Assembly: GCA_050178385.1 (NCBI GenBank)
Contig: JBFXGD010000026.1
Coordinates: forward strand, 1 to 29,358
DNA length: 29,358 nt
From: Calditrichaceae bacterium
Lineage (GTDB): Bacteria > Calditrichota > Calditrichia > Calditrichales > JBFXGD01
Direction of reading: 5' to 3'
The notes under the pieces were generated by a model. That model did not search any database. It was not told the origin of the DNA and saw only the letters and a list, made by a program, of their open reading frames with translations. This document shows, in pieces, positions 9,459 to 19,158 of this stretch (the stretch's first letter is position 1; the number at the start of each line of letters is the position of its first letter). Made by a program: the position numbers and the translations under genes.

Positions 9459-10049
9459 CTATTTCATCATTTCAACTTCACGATGCCTGAAACAGTCTGT
9501 GGTATGATCATTTACCATTCCTGTCGCCTGCATATGCGCGTAACAGACGGTGGATCCGACAAATTTAAATCCCCTTTTTTTCAGATCCTTACTCATCGCG
9601 TCTGAATTATCTGTCATCGCGGGAACATCCTTCAGGGTTTTCCAGTGGTTTTGAATCGTTTTTCCATCAACAAATCGCCAGATATAGGCGTCAAATGAGC
9701 CGAATTCCTGCTGAATTTTTAAAAAAGACCGGGCGTTTGTCACCGCGGCGTTAATTTTAAGCCTGTTCCTTATAATCCCGGAATTTTTCATTAACTCTTC
9801 TAATTTTTGCTGATCATAGGATGCAATTTTTTCAGCGTCAAAGCCGTCAAAGGCCAATTCAAAATTTCTGCGTTTATTCAGGATGGTACTCCAGCTCAAT
9901 CCCGCCTGAAATCCTTCAAGGATTAGAAATTCGAATAATTTACGATCGTCATGTACCGGCACACCCCATTCGTAATCGTGATAATCAATATAGAGCCGGT
10001 TAGTCTCCGGAACCCAGCCGCAGCGTTTTTTCATCAGAGATATGTCCAA
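9459..10049 (-). CDS. tag: DNA-3-methyladenine glycosylase I
   Basis: RC.W, YHD.EWG.P, LEGFQAGLSW, IIRNRLKI, GFKFVG and NDH...C zinc ligands. The start may be the ATG at 10034. Confidence 0.96.
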   Translation of the reverse strand: MDISLMKKRCGWVPETNRLYIDYHDYEWGVPVHDDRKLFEFLILEGFQAGLSWSTILNKRRNFELAFDGFDAEKIASYDQQKLEELMKNSGIIRNRLKINAAVTNARSFLKIQQEFGSFDAYIWRFVDGKTIQNHWKTLKDVPAMTDNSDAMSKDLKKRGFKFVGSTVCYAHMQATGMVNDHTTDCFRHREVEMMK

Positions 10050-10052
10050 TTT

Positions 10053-10688
10053 TTATGAAACAAGCGCGACTGCTCTGACGGGAGAGCCATCGCCATGTTG
10101 AATTTTTAACGGTAAACAAATAAACGTAAATGTTTTACCTGTAAGTTGGCTGAGATTTGCAAGATTTTCAATGATAATAATATTTTTACTCAAAATTTTA
10201 TGGTGAGAGAAATATTGTGTAGACGAAATTTCGTCAACTGATATGGAGTCTATACCAATGCCTTTAATTTTCTCCAAACTTAACAGCTCAGCCAATTCAG
10301 GCGACAGGAACGGAGAATTTTCAAAATATTCCGGACTCCCCCATTTTTTTGAATGACCCGTATAAATAAGTACAAAATCGATATTCTTAAGCTGAATTGA
10401 ATTGTCAAAAGCAGATCGCGGAACCTCCCCCGTGCTGAATTTTGTGACATCTAAAACGATGCCGTTTCCCAAAAATTTATCCGTATCAAATTCATCCAGG
10501 GTTTTCCCGTTTTTAATCATATGAGCGGGAGCATCGAGATGCGTTCCCGTATGTGAACTGATATGCAGTAATTTTTCTCTGAATCCGTCACTTTCAAATT
10601 GGCCAATATCACTAAAATCGGGATCAGGCGAACCGGGAAAAACGGGCATGTGATTTGACATCGAATGTGATAAATCCAATACTCTCAT
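10053..10688 (-). CDS. Cyclase family metal-dependent hydrolase (kynurenine formamidase-like)
   Basis: HTGTHLDAPAH, GID..S.D, ENL and DGSPVRA motifs. Confidence 0.9.
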   Translation of the reverse strand: MRVLDLSHSMSNHMPVFPGSPDPDFSDIGQFESDGFREKLLHISSHTGTHLDAPAHMIKNGKTLDEFDTDKFLGNGIVLDVTKFSTGEVPRSAFDNSIQLKNIDFVLIYTGHSKKWGSPEYFENSPFLSPELAELLSLEKIKGIGIDSISVDEISSTQYFSHHKILSKNIIIIENLANLSQLTGKTFTFICLPLKIQHGDGSPVRAVALVS

Positions 10689-11563
10689 TACAGATCTACT
10701 CCAAATGTCTTTTTCATAATGACACCGACCAGGAAACTTATCAGCGCCACTGTTAAAGAAATGATCGCCATTTCAAGAAATCTTTTCCAGAACTTTAAAT
10801 TTTTTGCAGTTGTAATATAAAAAGTATATCCAAAGATGATCAAAATTCCAATAAAAAGCATTACCCATAAAGATACAAAAATATTATCGAAAATGAAATA
10901 CGGCGTGATCAGCAGTAATACTGTAATGACATATGCGATTCCGGTGTAAAGCGCTGCCTTAAGAGGACTTTTTGCCTCATTCTGATCCGCTTCTTCCTTA
11001 GATGAAAGATAACCTGATGCCGCCATCGAGAGTGATGCGGCTATACCGGTGACAAAACCGGTAATCGCCACAAGCTGCGCGTTTTGAAGCGCAAAAGTCA
11101 ACCCGGCCAGCGCGCCGGTCAGTTCAACAAGCGCATCATTCAAACCAAGCACCATTGCGCCCGCGTATTCCAGCCTCTCTTCTGAAAGTATATCAAGCAG
11201 TTCTTTTTCATGCCGCTGTTCTTCAATGCTTAAAGACGCTATATCAGGGATTTGGCTGGACAAGTCATTATAAATTTGGGAGGCCAGGTCTTCTCCTTTT
11301 TCCATGAGTTTCAGCCCGAAAGAAAGACCAAATATTTTGGATATAAGCACATACCAGAATATTTTAAACCGTCTCGGTTTGATATCTTCATTGGTGTATT
11401 TTTTTAAAAATTTAAAATGTTCAAGCTCGTCATTGGCAATACGCTCAAGGACTTCCCTGTTATGTTCATCTTTTAATTGACTCGCGAGTTTTTTATAAAC
11501 CAGATATTCTGATAACTCATTTTTTTGAAGTTTGAGCAATGACTTTTTCAATTGTTGATCCAT
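10688..11563 (-). CDS. Ferritin/rubrerythrin-like domain fused to a VIT1/CCC1 metal transporter
   Basis: Two ExxH motifs (DELEH, EEQRH) in the N-terminal helical bundle. C-terminal VLGLNDALVE...ASLSMAASGYLS VIT1 signature with about 5 TMs. Confidence 0.9.
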   Translation of the reverse strand: MDQQLKKSLLKLQKNELSEYLVYKKLASQLKDEHNREVLERIANDELEHFKFLKKYTNEDIKPRRFKIFWYVLISKIFGLSFGLKLMEKGEDLASQIYNDLSSQIPDIASLSIEEQRHEKELLDILSEERLEYAGAMVLGLNDALVELTGALAGLTFALQNAQLVAITGFVTGIAASLSMAASGYLSSKEEADQNEAKSPLKAALYTGIAYVITVLLLITPYFIFDNIFVSLWVMLFIGILIIFGYTFYITTAKNLKFWKRFLEMAIISLTVALISFLVGVIMKKTFGVDL

Positions 11564-11584
11564 GGGGTAGTTCCTCTCTTCCTG

Positions 11585-12229
11585 TCAGTTTATTGGATTC
11601 TGCGCAATAATAAGAAATACCGGAAAACTTTTCACTTTTCCTTCTTTTATTTCTTTTGTAATGGTATAAATCCTTTTATGAGATACGGATTTGTATCCGA
11701 TTTTTATTAAATTTTCTTTCAGGATTTCCTGATTGAATCCATCATGAACCGCGTCTGTAGCTGCATCATGAAAATCTCCGGCTTCTTTTTCCAGATCCGC
11801 AATACATATATATCCACCCGGATTTAACAGATGATACATTTCGGCAAGCAAATTATAGTAATCATTTATATGATGCAGTGTCAGACTGCTGATAATAAGA
11901 TCATATTTTTCATCAGGGAGAGATTTAATACTGTCCGTTATCAACGAAGGATAAACATTTTCTATTTTCATTTTATTAATCTTTTCGCGTAATACATTAA
12001 GCATACCCGCGGAATTATCTGCTGCCGTGACAGATTTTACGTATGGCTGAATCTGCATACTGACAAGCCCTGTCCCGCATCCAAAGTCCAGCACATCCAT
12101 ATTTCGCGTAACAGGTATAGATTTTATGATTGCCGTAAACACAGCTTTTGCCGTCTCAATTCTCCGCGGACTCTCGTCCCAGACCGAAGCAATCTCATCA
12201 AATTTATTCTGCCCGCTCTTTTTCGGCAT
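11585..12229 (-). CDS. Class I SAM-dependent methyltransferase
   Basis: VLDFGCGTG motif I, D.S..ML, YDLI.S..TLHH and LNPGG. Confidence 0.9.
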   Translation of the reverse strand: MPKKSGQNKFDEIASVWDESPRRIETAKAVFTAIIKSIPVTRNMDVLDFGCGTGLVSMQIQPYVKSVTAADNSAGMLNVLREKINKMKIENVYPSLITDSIKSLPDEKYDLIISSLTLHHINDYYNLLAEMYHLLNPGGYICIADLEKEAGDFHDAATDAVHDGFNQEILKENLIKIGYKSVSHKRIYTITKEIKEGKVKSFPVFLIIAQNPIN

Positions 12230-12246
12230 TTCTTTTTCCCTTTAGA

Positions 12247-14382
12247 TCATACCAATGAAAATTTCTTCCTTAATAGCCACTCCAGCACGATGACACCAAT
12301 AATGAGAAACAGTACAAAAGGTTTGTACCACAAATCTATTTCACGGTCATTCTTAACTACTTTAGGAGCTGTTTCTACAATGCTGAGAAGTGAGTCAATT
12401 TTCTCTGAAGGCGCATAAATCCCGTTTCCCATCTTTGACAATTTTCTTAAAAAATCAGCATTTTGTCCCGTTTTTACATATTCCTTTTCAAACGGGATCA
12501 CCTCAATTTCTATTTTGTCAGTACCGAGCTCCGCCCCGTTCAGATATCCGCTTCCTGTGATTGCATATCTCCCTTCCCCCGGCGGTATAAAGTGCGCTAA
12601 ATAGTTACCGGAGCTGTCATTTTCAGTTTCGATGGTAAAATCCTGTTTTTGCCATTCAATTTTTAAAGTCAGTCTTCCGTCTGTAATCGGCCTGTATTCC
12701 GGGTTGTACAAATGGCCGATGATATTAATTTTATTACCCAGATAAAATTCCTTCCCGGAAATTTCAAGATTAACAGGTTTAACCTTTTTCTTATTAGATG
12801 CCCAACGGATTAAATGTGACAAAAAATTCATGTACCCGTCTTTGATTTCCTCCCTGTCCTGAACCAGAAAATGCCATTTCCAGAATCCCGAACCGTTTAA
12901 AACGGCTGATTTGACAGGAGGATCATCCAGTGTTGCAAGAATTTTATATCCTGACTGGTTACCGGTCCCCTTGATGAGAATTTTTGATTTTGGCTTTAAT
13001 CCGGTAATGTACTTAGAAAGCGGAATCGGTGGAATTTTGTTCCAGAACAGACTGTTTTTATCCGGTTCCGGGAACACGTTTACTATGGGATCACTTAAAT
13101 TGACTGAGCTCTCACTTATAGTTATTGCGACGGAGCTTATATGCTCAGGCTTGCTGCTAAACGGAAGGTAGTCCGAAAACGAATCAAGGGAATTAATATT
13201 TGTGTTTTCTCCGACAAATACGATAAAAGCGGGCTGATTTTTTCTAATTGTTGATATAAGTTTTTCTATCGAAGGCGGCCGTGTAAATCTTCCCGGGTAG
13301 TCCTGAAACAGGATTACATCCAGACTGTCAATCATTTGATAACCGGGTGACTGAATATAATTTCCGTCAATATCTTCAACGAATAAATATGTTTCCATAT
13401 TAATCTGCCGCCCCAGCAACAACCTTATAAATTTACTTTCATATCCAGCGGTCCCGGCAAAAATACCAATTCGCAATTTACTCTTCAGGACATCCTGTAT
13501 AAATACAAAATGGTTGTTTACGGAGTTTTTCTCACCTTCAAACCCATCCAGCTCCAACTTAAACTTTTGAGATCCGCTCTTCCCTGGAGTATAATAAAAA
13601 ATCACACTCTGCTCAGTATTAGGATTATCGATTCTAATCGTTTTGGATGAAATTAATCCGCCGTCTGAACTGAATTTCAGATTAAGGTTCTGCCCGCTGA
13701 AATTGTTATTACTAATGATCACCTCAATTTCTTGCTCAGCATCCTGATAAACGACCGGTTTATAGATCACATCCGAGATAAGGACATCATCACCCGAATC
13801 TTCCCCGCCGATACCGATAGTATGTATTTTGACTGAACTTTTTCGGTTTCCGGAGAGCGGTGATTCTCCTTCGGTCATGTTGCCATCGCTGATGATGAAT
13901 ATCTGTCCACCGTTTAATCTGTCAATCAGATTCATTAAATTTGAAAAATTAGTCCCGGAGTTACTAATCGATAAAGTATCGGTAAGAACAGGATCCGTCT
14001 CTGAACTAAACCGGTACCAATGGAGCGAAGCATGGTCTTCCAAACGAGTTTTTAGCCGTTTAGCCGTGTCCAGCGTTTGCTTCCAGCGGTCAGGATCACT
14101 TTCTGAGCCCTGCATCGATGCCGAATTATCAATAAAGACAGAAATTTCTTCTTTTTTCGTTTCTGAATTTCGAATAAACAGACGGGGAGAAAAAAACAAC
14201 ATCAGAAGAAGAAACAGAACAGATGCCCGCAGTGAGCCCAGAATAAATTTTACTTTCGAGCTGCTTTGAGGCGTCGTTGTTCTGTACAACCACACCGCCG
14301 GAAGGACAGAAATGGCCAGCAAAAAAATCAGTATAATAAAAGGAATATTAAATCTGATAAGTTCAGGAAAAAAATTTTGCAT
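12247..14382 (-). CDS. VWA-domain membrane protein with Ig-like and GATase-like modules
   Basis: Two N-terminal TMs, MIDAS DNSAS...T...SDG, IHTIGIG, W.W motif, and a C-terminal TM ending EWLLRK. Confidence 0.7.
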   Translation of the reverse strand: MQNFFPELIRFNIPFIILIFLLAISVLPAVWLYRTTTPQSSSKVKFILGSLRASVLFLLLMLFFSPRLFIRNSETKKEEISVFIDNSASMQGSESDPDRWKQTLDTAKRLKTRLEDHASLHWYRFSSETDPVLTDTLSISNSGTNFSNLMNLIDRLNGGQIFIISDGNMTEGESPLSGNRKSSVKIHTIGIGGEDSGDDVLISDVIYKPVVYQDAEQEIEVIISNNNFSGQNLNLKFSSDGGLISSKTIRIDNPNTEQSVIFYYTPGKSGSQKFKLELDGFEGEKNSVNNHFVFIQDVLKSKLRIGIFAGTAGYESKFIRLLLGRQINMETYLFVEDIDGNYIQSPGYQMIDSLDVILFQDYPGRFTRPPSIEKLISTIRKNQPAFIVFVGENTNINSLDSFSDYLPFSSKPEHISSVAITISESSVNLSDPIVNVFPEPDKNSLFWNKIPPIPLSKYITGLKPKSKILIKGTGNQSGYKILATLDDPPVKSAVLNGSGFWKWHFLVQDREEIKDGYMNFLSHLIRWASNKKKVKPVNLEISGKEFYLGNKINIIGHLYNPEYRPITDGRLTLKIEWQKQDFTIETENDSSGNYLAHFIPPGEGRYAITGSGYLNGAELGTDKIEIEVIPFEKEYVKTGQNADFLRKLSKMGNGIYAPSEKIDSLLSIVETAPKVVKNDREIDLWYKPFVLFLIIGVIVLEWLLRKKFSLV

Positions 14383-14390
14383 TTTCGCAA

Positions 14391-15398
14391 TCAGGATAGA
14401 GATTTTAGTTTTAGCGCGGGATAAGCATTTAAAGTCTGCCCAGAATAAATATTTCTTTTTAAATATTCCAGCCCGGCCCTGGCAATCATCGCGGCATTAT
14501 CTGTGCAATATCTAAGTTCAGGCAGATAAAGATCGAACCCTGATTTTACACTTTCATCATTAAGCCATTTTCTTAACAAAGAATTCGCGGCCACACCGCC
14601 CGCAATACCAATTTGTTTTGCATTATGAATTTTTGCGGCCTTGATGGTTTTTTTTACAAGGACTTCAACCGCTGCCGCCTGATATGAAGCACAGATATCG
14701 TGAATGTTCGTGTTGACGAATTCGATACCGTTTTGTTCTATATAGGTCAGTAAAGAAGTTTTTAAACCGCTGTAACTAAAATCAAAATCCGTATTTTTTA
14801 AATATGCCCTCGGAAAATTAACTTTCTGCGGATCGCCATCTTTTGCCAGTTGATCGATTAACGGCCCGCCGGGATATCCGAGCCCAAGCATTTTCGCTCC
14901 CTTGTCAAACGCTTCACCAACCGCATCATCACGGGTTTTTCCGAGGATCTCATACTGCAAATGATCCCTCATGAGCACGATTTGCGTATGTCCCCCCGAA
15001 ACGATTAAAAAAATGATCGGAAAATGGACTTCCTTCTGAGAAAGGATGTTTCCGTAGATATGCCCTTCAATATGGTTAACCCCGATAAATGGTTTTTTTA
15101 ACGCAAGTGATAGTCCCTTGACAAAATTAACCCCGACAAGCAGCGCCCCGACGAGCCCCGGCCCGTAAGTCACCGCGAATCCATCGATCTCATCTTTCGG
15201 CAGACCTGACTCGGCCACCGCCTTTTCGACGATCGGAACAATCAGTCGAACATGCGCCCGCGACGCGAGTTCCGGTACGACTCCTCCAAATTGAGAATGT
15301 ATTTCCTGAGAGGAGATAACAGATGATAGTACACGGTTGTCTTCTATCAGCGCCGCTGAAGTTTCGTCACAGGATGTTTCGACACCCAAAACTATCAT
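14391..15398 (-). CDS. tsaD: tRNA N6-threonylcarbamoyltransferase subunit TsaD
   Basis: LGVETSCDET, GGVVPELASRAH, HIEGH, VSGGHT, DDAVGEAFDK and CTDNAAMI. Confidence 0.98.
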   Translation of the reverse strand: MIVLGVETSCDETSAALIEDNRVLSSVISSQEIHSQFGGVVPELASRAHVRLIVPIVEKAVAESGLPKDEIDGFAVTYGPGLVGALLVGVNFVKGLSLALKKPFIGVNHIEGHIYGNILSQKEVHFPIIFLIVSGGHTQIVLMRDHLQYEILGKTRDDAVGEAFDKGAKMLGLGYPGGPLIDQLAKDGDPQKVNFPRAYLKNTDFDFSYSGLKTSLLTYIEQNGIEFVNTNIHDICASYQAAAVEVLVKKTIKAAKIHNAKQIGIAGGVAANSLLRKWLNDESVKSGFDLYLPELRYCTDNAAMIARAGLEYLKRNIYSGQTLNAYPALKLKSLS

Positions 15399-16345
15399 AA
15401 AATGCTTTCTTTCTTTTTTAGCTTTAGCTCAAAAAATTGCGGACTGGCTTCCAGCCAGCTTACATTACCCGGTGTTTCGATTTCGACAGGATATTTTATC
15501 TTGCCGACTTTATAATTTTTTGTAAAATTGAATGTGGCGGAAATTTCATCTGGTGTTATTGCCGCGATTATACTTTCTCCGCCCTTTACTTTCAAAGATA
15601 TCATGGCCGGCGTCGATTCCGCGAGAAGGTTGTCCGGAAGCCCCACAAATTGAATGGGAATATTATAAATTTTTCTTTCAACTAACTGTTCGATAATATA
15701 GTTTACCTCAATCTCTGCCGGTTCCAGATGAACAACAGCCGGATTTGGAGATATAAGTTTCTGCTTTCTTTTAAAGGGATATTTTATATTTTCGACTGTA
15801 AAAGTATCGGTTGAAATTTCCTGTATTTGAGTGATCAGCGATATGGGCCCCGTAACAAGAACAGAGTCGATTGATGGAATTGTGCTCATCAAAATATAGC
15901 CCGGTTGTGTTTTAATGATGCTTCTGACATTGACATATTTTTTAAATTCCGCGACTTTGTCAACACGTATTTCGATATTCTTTGGTTCGATTACATCAAC
16001 GATATGCACACCGAATTCCATCGGTAAATTGAAATGATTGATGTAATCTTTCAGATGAATTGTGGTCGAATGATCCACCTCAGGCAGTTCAAGCTCAACT
16101 TCAGGATTATAGAAATAAAGACTAAATAATGACCGACCTTTACCGCGTACTTCAACAAGTGCTTTTTCCGGAGGAATTTCCATCAAAACTCTGTCTTTTG
16201 CCACACGGTTGATTTTCAGGGGGATTTCAATTTTATAGGTGTATTCCTTATCCGTAGTCACCGCAAACCAAAGAATGAATGACAGTATAAAGGACGACAT
16301 CAGCATCTTATAATTTTTTCTAAAATATTTAATCAGTCTGTTCAT
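15395..16345 (-). CDS. YbbR/CdaR-like domain protein
   Basis: N-terminal TM (SFILSFILWFAV) followed by three beta-rich repeats with V.V.G motifs (VEVRG, VLVTGP, LKVKG). ATGA overlap with tsaD. Confidence 0.75.
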   Translation of the reverse strand: MNRLIKYFRKNYKMLMSSFILSFILWFAVTTDKEYTYKIEIPLKINRVAKDRVLMEIPPEKALVEVRGKGRSLFSLYFYNPEVELELPEVDHSTTIHLKDYINHFNLPMEFGVHIVDVIEPKNIEIRVDKVAEFKKYVNVRSIIKTQPGYILMSTIPSIDSVLVTGPISLITQIQEISTDTFTVENIKYPFKRKQKLISPNPAVVHLEPAEIEVNYIIEQLVERKIYNIPIQFVGLPDNLLAESTPAMISLKVKGGESIIAAITPDEISATFNFTKNYKVGKIKYPVEIETPGNVSWLEASPQFFELKLKKKESIL

Positions 16346-16368
16346 AGCAGCTTTGAGATAAATCCTTG

Positions 16369-17163
16369 TTATTCGAATTTGATGAAAATTTTATCCTTGA
16401 GGGGATCGAATTCCAATTTTTCCCGGGCGTTTCCCCTGCAGACAGCAATTTCAAGATAATTTTGACTGTTCCATAAGGCCAGAATTTCTCCCGGCTCCTT
16501 TTCTGTATAGTACCTGTTGATCTCAGATGTTTTAAAATTTTTAGTCTTGATCGATGTTATTTTTTCTTTTTTTATTCTGAATAGATCCGTTTTCGAAAAT
16601 CCTGTAATAATATTTCCGAACCGATCGATAGCGATGGGTTCAACTGCAATCTCCCCGCCTACTTTGGCAAAAAAAGAATGGGGCATTTCCGTCCGGTTGT
16701 CCAGCTTTCTTCCAAGTTTGCTCATAGAAACGCCTTTTAGCAGTTTCGCCACAACGGGAGCGAAGATATCCCTGGCGTGAAAAGTCGAACTTTCAGAACC
16801 CCCGGATATTTTATCAGTGTCTATTTCGTAGGCTGTATAAGCCTCTCTGGAAAGGATATATTTAAAGATACCGTTGTCAGGACCGACAAAGGTATGATGT
16901 GCGGTCCGGATAATTAAAGCGCGACGGTTCCCGCCAACCCCGGGATCGACTACGGCAAGATGAATCGTATCCTTCGGGTAATAAGAGTAGAAGTTCAGCA
17001 GCGTGAATGCCGCCGCATTGATATCGAACGCGCCAATTTCGTGGGTAATGTCAATGATTTCAGCAGCCGGCGCGAGTGATTTTATGACACCTTTGACACT
17101 GCCGGCATAGCCATCCAGTGTTCCAAAATCACTCAAAAATGTTACAAGTTGTCTATCTTCCAT
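16369..17163 (-). CDS. SAM hydroxide adenosyltransferase (DUF62; SAM-dependent chlorinase/fluorinase family)
   Basis: LSDFG..D, IDITH, VVDPGVG..RR, GPDNG, STFHARD and IDRFGN. Start moved to ATG 17163 (MEDRQLVTF, GAGGG RBS) rather than 17253, which lies inside mutM. Confidence 0.92.
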   Translation of the reverse strand: MEDRQLVTFLSDFGTLDGYAGSVKGVIKSLAPAAEIIDITHEIGAFDINAAAFTLLNFYSYYPKDTIHLAVVDPGVGGNRRALIIRTAHHTFVGPDNGIFKYILSREAYTAYEIDTDKISGGSESSTFHARDIFAPVVAKLLKGVSMSKLGRKLDNRTEMPHSFFAKVGGEIAVEPIAIDRFGNIITGFSKTDLFRIKKEKITSIKTKNFKTSEINRYYTEKEPGEILALWNSQNYLEIAVCRGNAREKLEFDPLKDKIFIKFE

Positions 17164-17180
17164 TTTATTTACCCTCATTT

Positions 17181-17981
17181 TCAGGTTTGACACATGGGAC
17201 AAAAATGAGTTCCTCTTCCCGCAAATTTGATTTTCTTTACCGGGGTGCCACATACACCACAGGGCAAGCCCTGTCTTCCGTAGACCTTCAAAAAACGCTG
17301 ATTATTACCTGAATTACCGAAGGCGTCCCGGTAATCGGATATTGTCGTTCCCATGTTCTTAACAGCTGATCTCAATACTTGCTGAAGGACCAAAAACAGT
17401 TCTCCGGCGCGCCGATCAGGTATCGCCGCCGCAGATGTCCCGGGATGTATCCCCGCCCGGAAAAGAGATTCGTCAACGTAAATATTGCCAAGTCCCGAAA
17501 TATATTTCTGAGAAAGAAGAAAAGCTTTTATACTCATCCTGCTGAGCGACAATAAATTTTTAAATATTTTCATGTCCATTTTCGGATCGAGAGCATCACG
17601 ACCTACATTCTCCAGAAACGATTCATCGTGATCCACATGATAAATCCGACCGAATTTACGTGTGTCTTTGAAATTCAATGAACTCCCGTCATCAAAATGG
17701 ATTTTAACCCGAAGATGATTTTCTGACAAATTATTTGTATCGTTTTGATAGACAAGCTGACCGGTCATGCGCAAATGAATAATTAAAAACGTATTTGAAA
17801 GCCTGAATATAAGGTATTTACCTTTGCGTCCGATTGATTTAATCCTTTGTCCAGTCAACGGTTGGAAAGACATGTTTTGGAATGATTTTTCCCAAAACGG
17901 CCTCACAGTTTCAATCACTTTTCCTGTAACAAGGGATCTAAGCTCAACCGCTACTGTTTCGACTTCCGGTAATTCTGGCAT
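17181..17981 (-). CDS. mutM: Formamidopyrimidine-DNA glycosylase/AP lyase
   Basis: MPELPEVE, RKGKY, HLRMTG, D.RKFG, H2TH GLGNIY.DE and C-terminal zinc finger CGVC...CPMCQ. Confidence 0.98.
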   Translation of the reverse strand: MPELPEVETVAVELRSLVTGKVIETVRPFWEKSFQNMSFQPLTGQRIKSIGRKGKYLIFRLSNTFLIIHLRMTGQLVYQNDTNNLSENHLRVKIHFDDGSSLNFKDTRKFGRIYHVDHDESFLENVGRDALDPKMDMKIFKNLLSLSRMSIKAFLLSQKYISGLGNIYVDESLFRAGIHPGTSAAAIPDRRAGELFLVLQQVLRSAVKNMGTTISDYRDAFGNSGNNQRFLKVYGRQGLPCGVCGTPVKKIKFAGRGTHFCPMCQT

Positions 17982-18152
17982 AGCAATATCGTAATAATTT
18001 CTGTTAAATCAACCATTCATAAAAATATAATCTAAAAATATTTAAACAATATTCCAAGTACTTCCTGACAGAATAAAAAATGACATATAAAGTGAAATGA
18101 TTATACGTTTTAAATGAAATCCGCGGAGTGTAACCGATCGTGAAATTCTCAA

Positions 18153-19124
18153 TTAAATATTAACACTGAACTCATCATTCCATGAATCTGATCCGCTTAT
18201 CTTTTTATAGGCATCAATCATGGCTTCCGAATCAGCCGTTTTCCCGATTTTCAGGTAGGTTTTGGCAAGGTAAAGATAGACTTTATTGATTTCGGTTTTT
18301 TTTTGAAGAGCGAGTTCCAGCTGGGTCTGCGCGTCTTTGTAATTCTGTATATTATAATAGTATAATCCTCTGAATAAATGGATATCAGCTTCCGGCAGGT
18401 TCTCCGGCTTCAGCCGCAGAAGATAATTATAGGCTTTCTCATACTGTTTTAAACCAAAATAAGAAAACATATATTTTTTATTGTCGCCGGGTTCCACACT
18501 GTATCCTGCCTGAACTGCTTTTGAATAAAAATCAATAGCGTTTTCATAATCAATTTTTGCATAATAAATGCGGCCCATAATCTGGAAATATCTTCCGCTG
18601 AGTATTAATTTTTTTTCCGTTATTTCTTTTTTATAGAGCCCCGCGGAATTCATGGCAAAATCTGATTGATTGAGTTTTAAGTAGAGTTCGGCTATATCAA
18701 GATACTGATCATATTTTTCCGGTCTGTTGACAAGAACTTTTTTCTTGCTTTGTATGGCGTCGGCAAACTTACCTTTTTCGATATAAATCTGTGCCATCTT
18801 TTCTAAAATTTCAGGACTGAAAGACCTCATCGAAACCGCTTGTTCATACGCTGTCAGCGCCTTATCCGGATCCTTTTTTGCTATGAATATATCACCTTTA
18901 AGATGAAAAAATTTGGCGATATACCTGTTTAGACGGATCGCTTTATCGATTTGCTCCAGGGCTTTGTCATATTCACCGGCCTGGTAGGAAGCATAAGCCA
19001 TTGAATAAAACTGATAGCCGGTATCTTCCGTTTTAGGCGGCTCTTTTTCCCCCGGCATCTGATAACAGGAGACGAAAATTGATACTGATATAATAAGTAT
19101 GGTTTTTTTGGTAATTGAATTCAT
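18153..19124 (-). CDS. TPR-repeat putative lipoprotein
   Basis: Basic N-terminus, hydrophobic stretch and lipobox-like FVSC, then tandem TPR-pattern helices. Confidence 0.75.
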   Translation of the reverse strand: MNSITKKTILIISVSIFVSCYQMPGEKEPPKTEDTGYQFYSMAYASYQAGEYDKALEQIDKAIRLNRYIAKFFHLKGDIFIAKKDPDKALTAYEQAVSMRSFSPEILEKMAQIYIEKGKFADAIQSKKKVLVNRPEKYDQYLDIAELYLKLNQSDFAMNSAGLYKKEITEKKLILSGRYFQIMGRIYYAKIDYENAIDFYSKAVQAGYSVEPGDNKKYMFSYFGLKQYEKAYNYLLRLKPENLPEADIHLFRGLYYYNIQNYKDAQTQLELALQKKTEINKVYLYLAKTYLKIGKTADSEAMIDAYKKISGSDSWNDEFSVNI

Positions 19125-19158
19125 CGCGATACCGGTTGAACTTCTTTATAATGATGAG

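Noticed and set aside
11563..11587. Methyltransferase TGA stop is in frame with the ferritin/VIT1 gene across 21 stop-free nt, suggesting Sec readthrough given selB
   Set aside because: No SECIS-like hairpin is visible after the TGA, the position is not a catalytic Cys site, and the downstream gene has its own GAGAGG RBS. In-frame spacing arises by chance about one time in three.
17164..17253. N-terminal extension of the DUF62 ORF given in the ORF track
   Set aside because: It overlaps the mutM zinc-finger codons; family similarity and an RBS point to ATG 17163.
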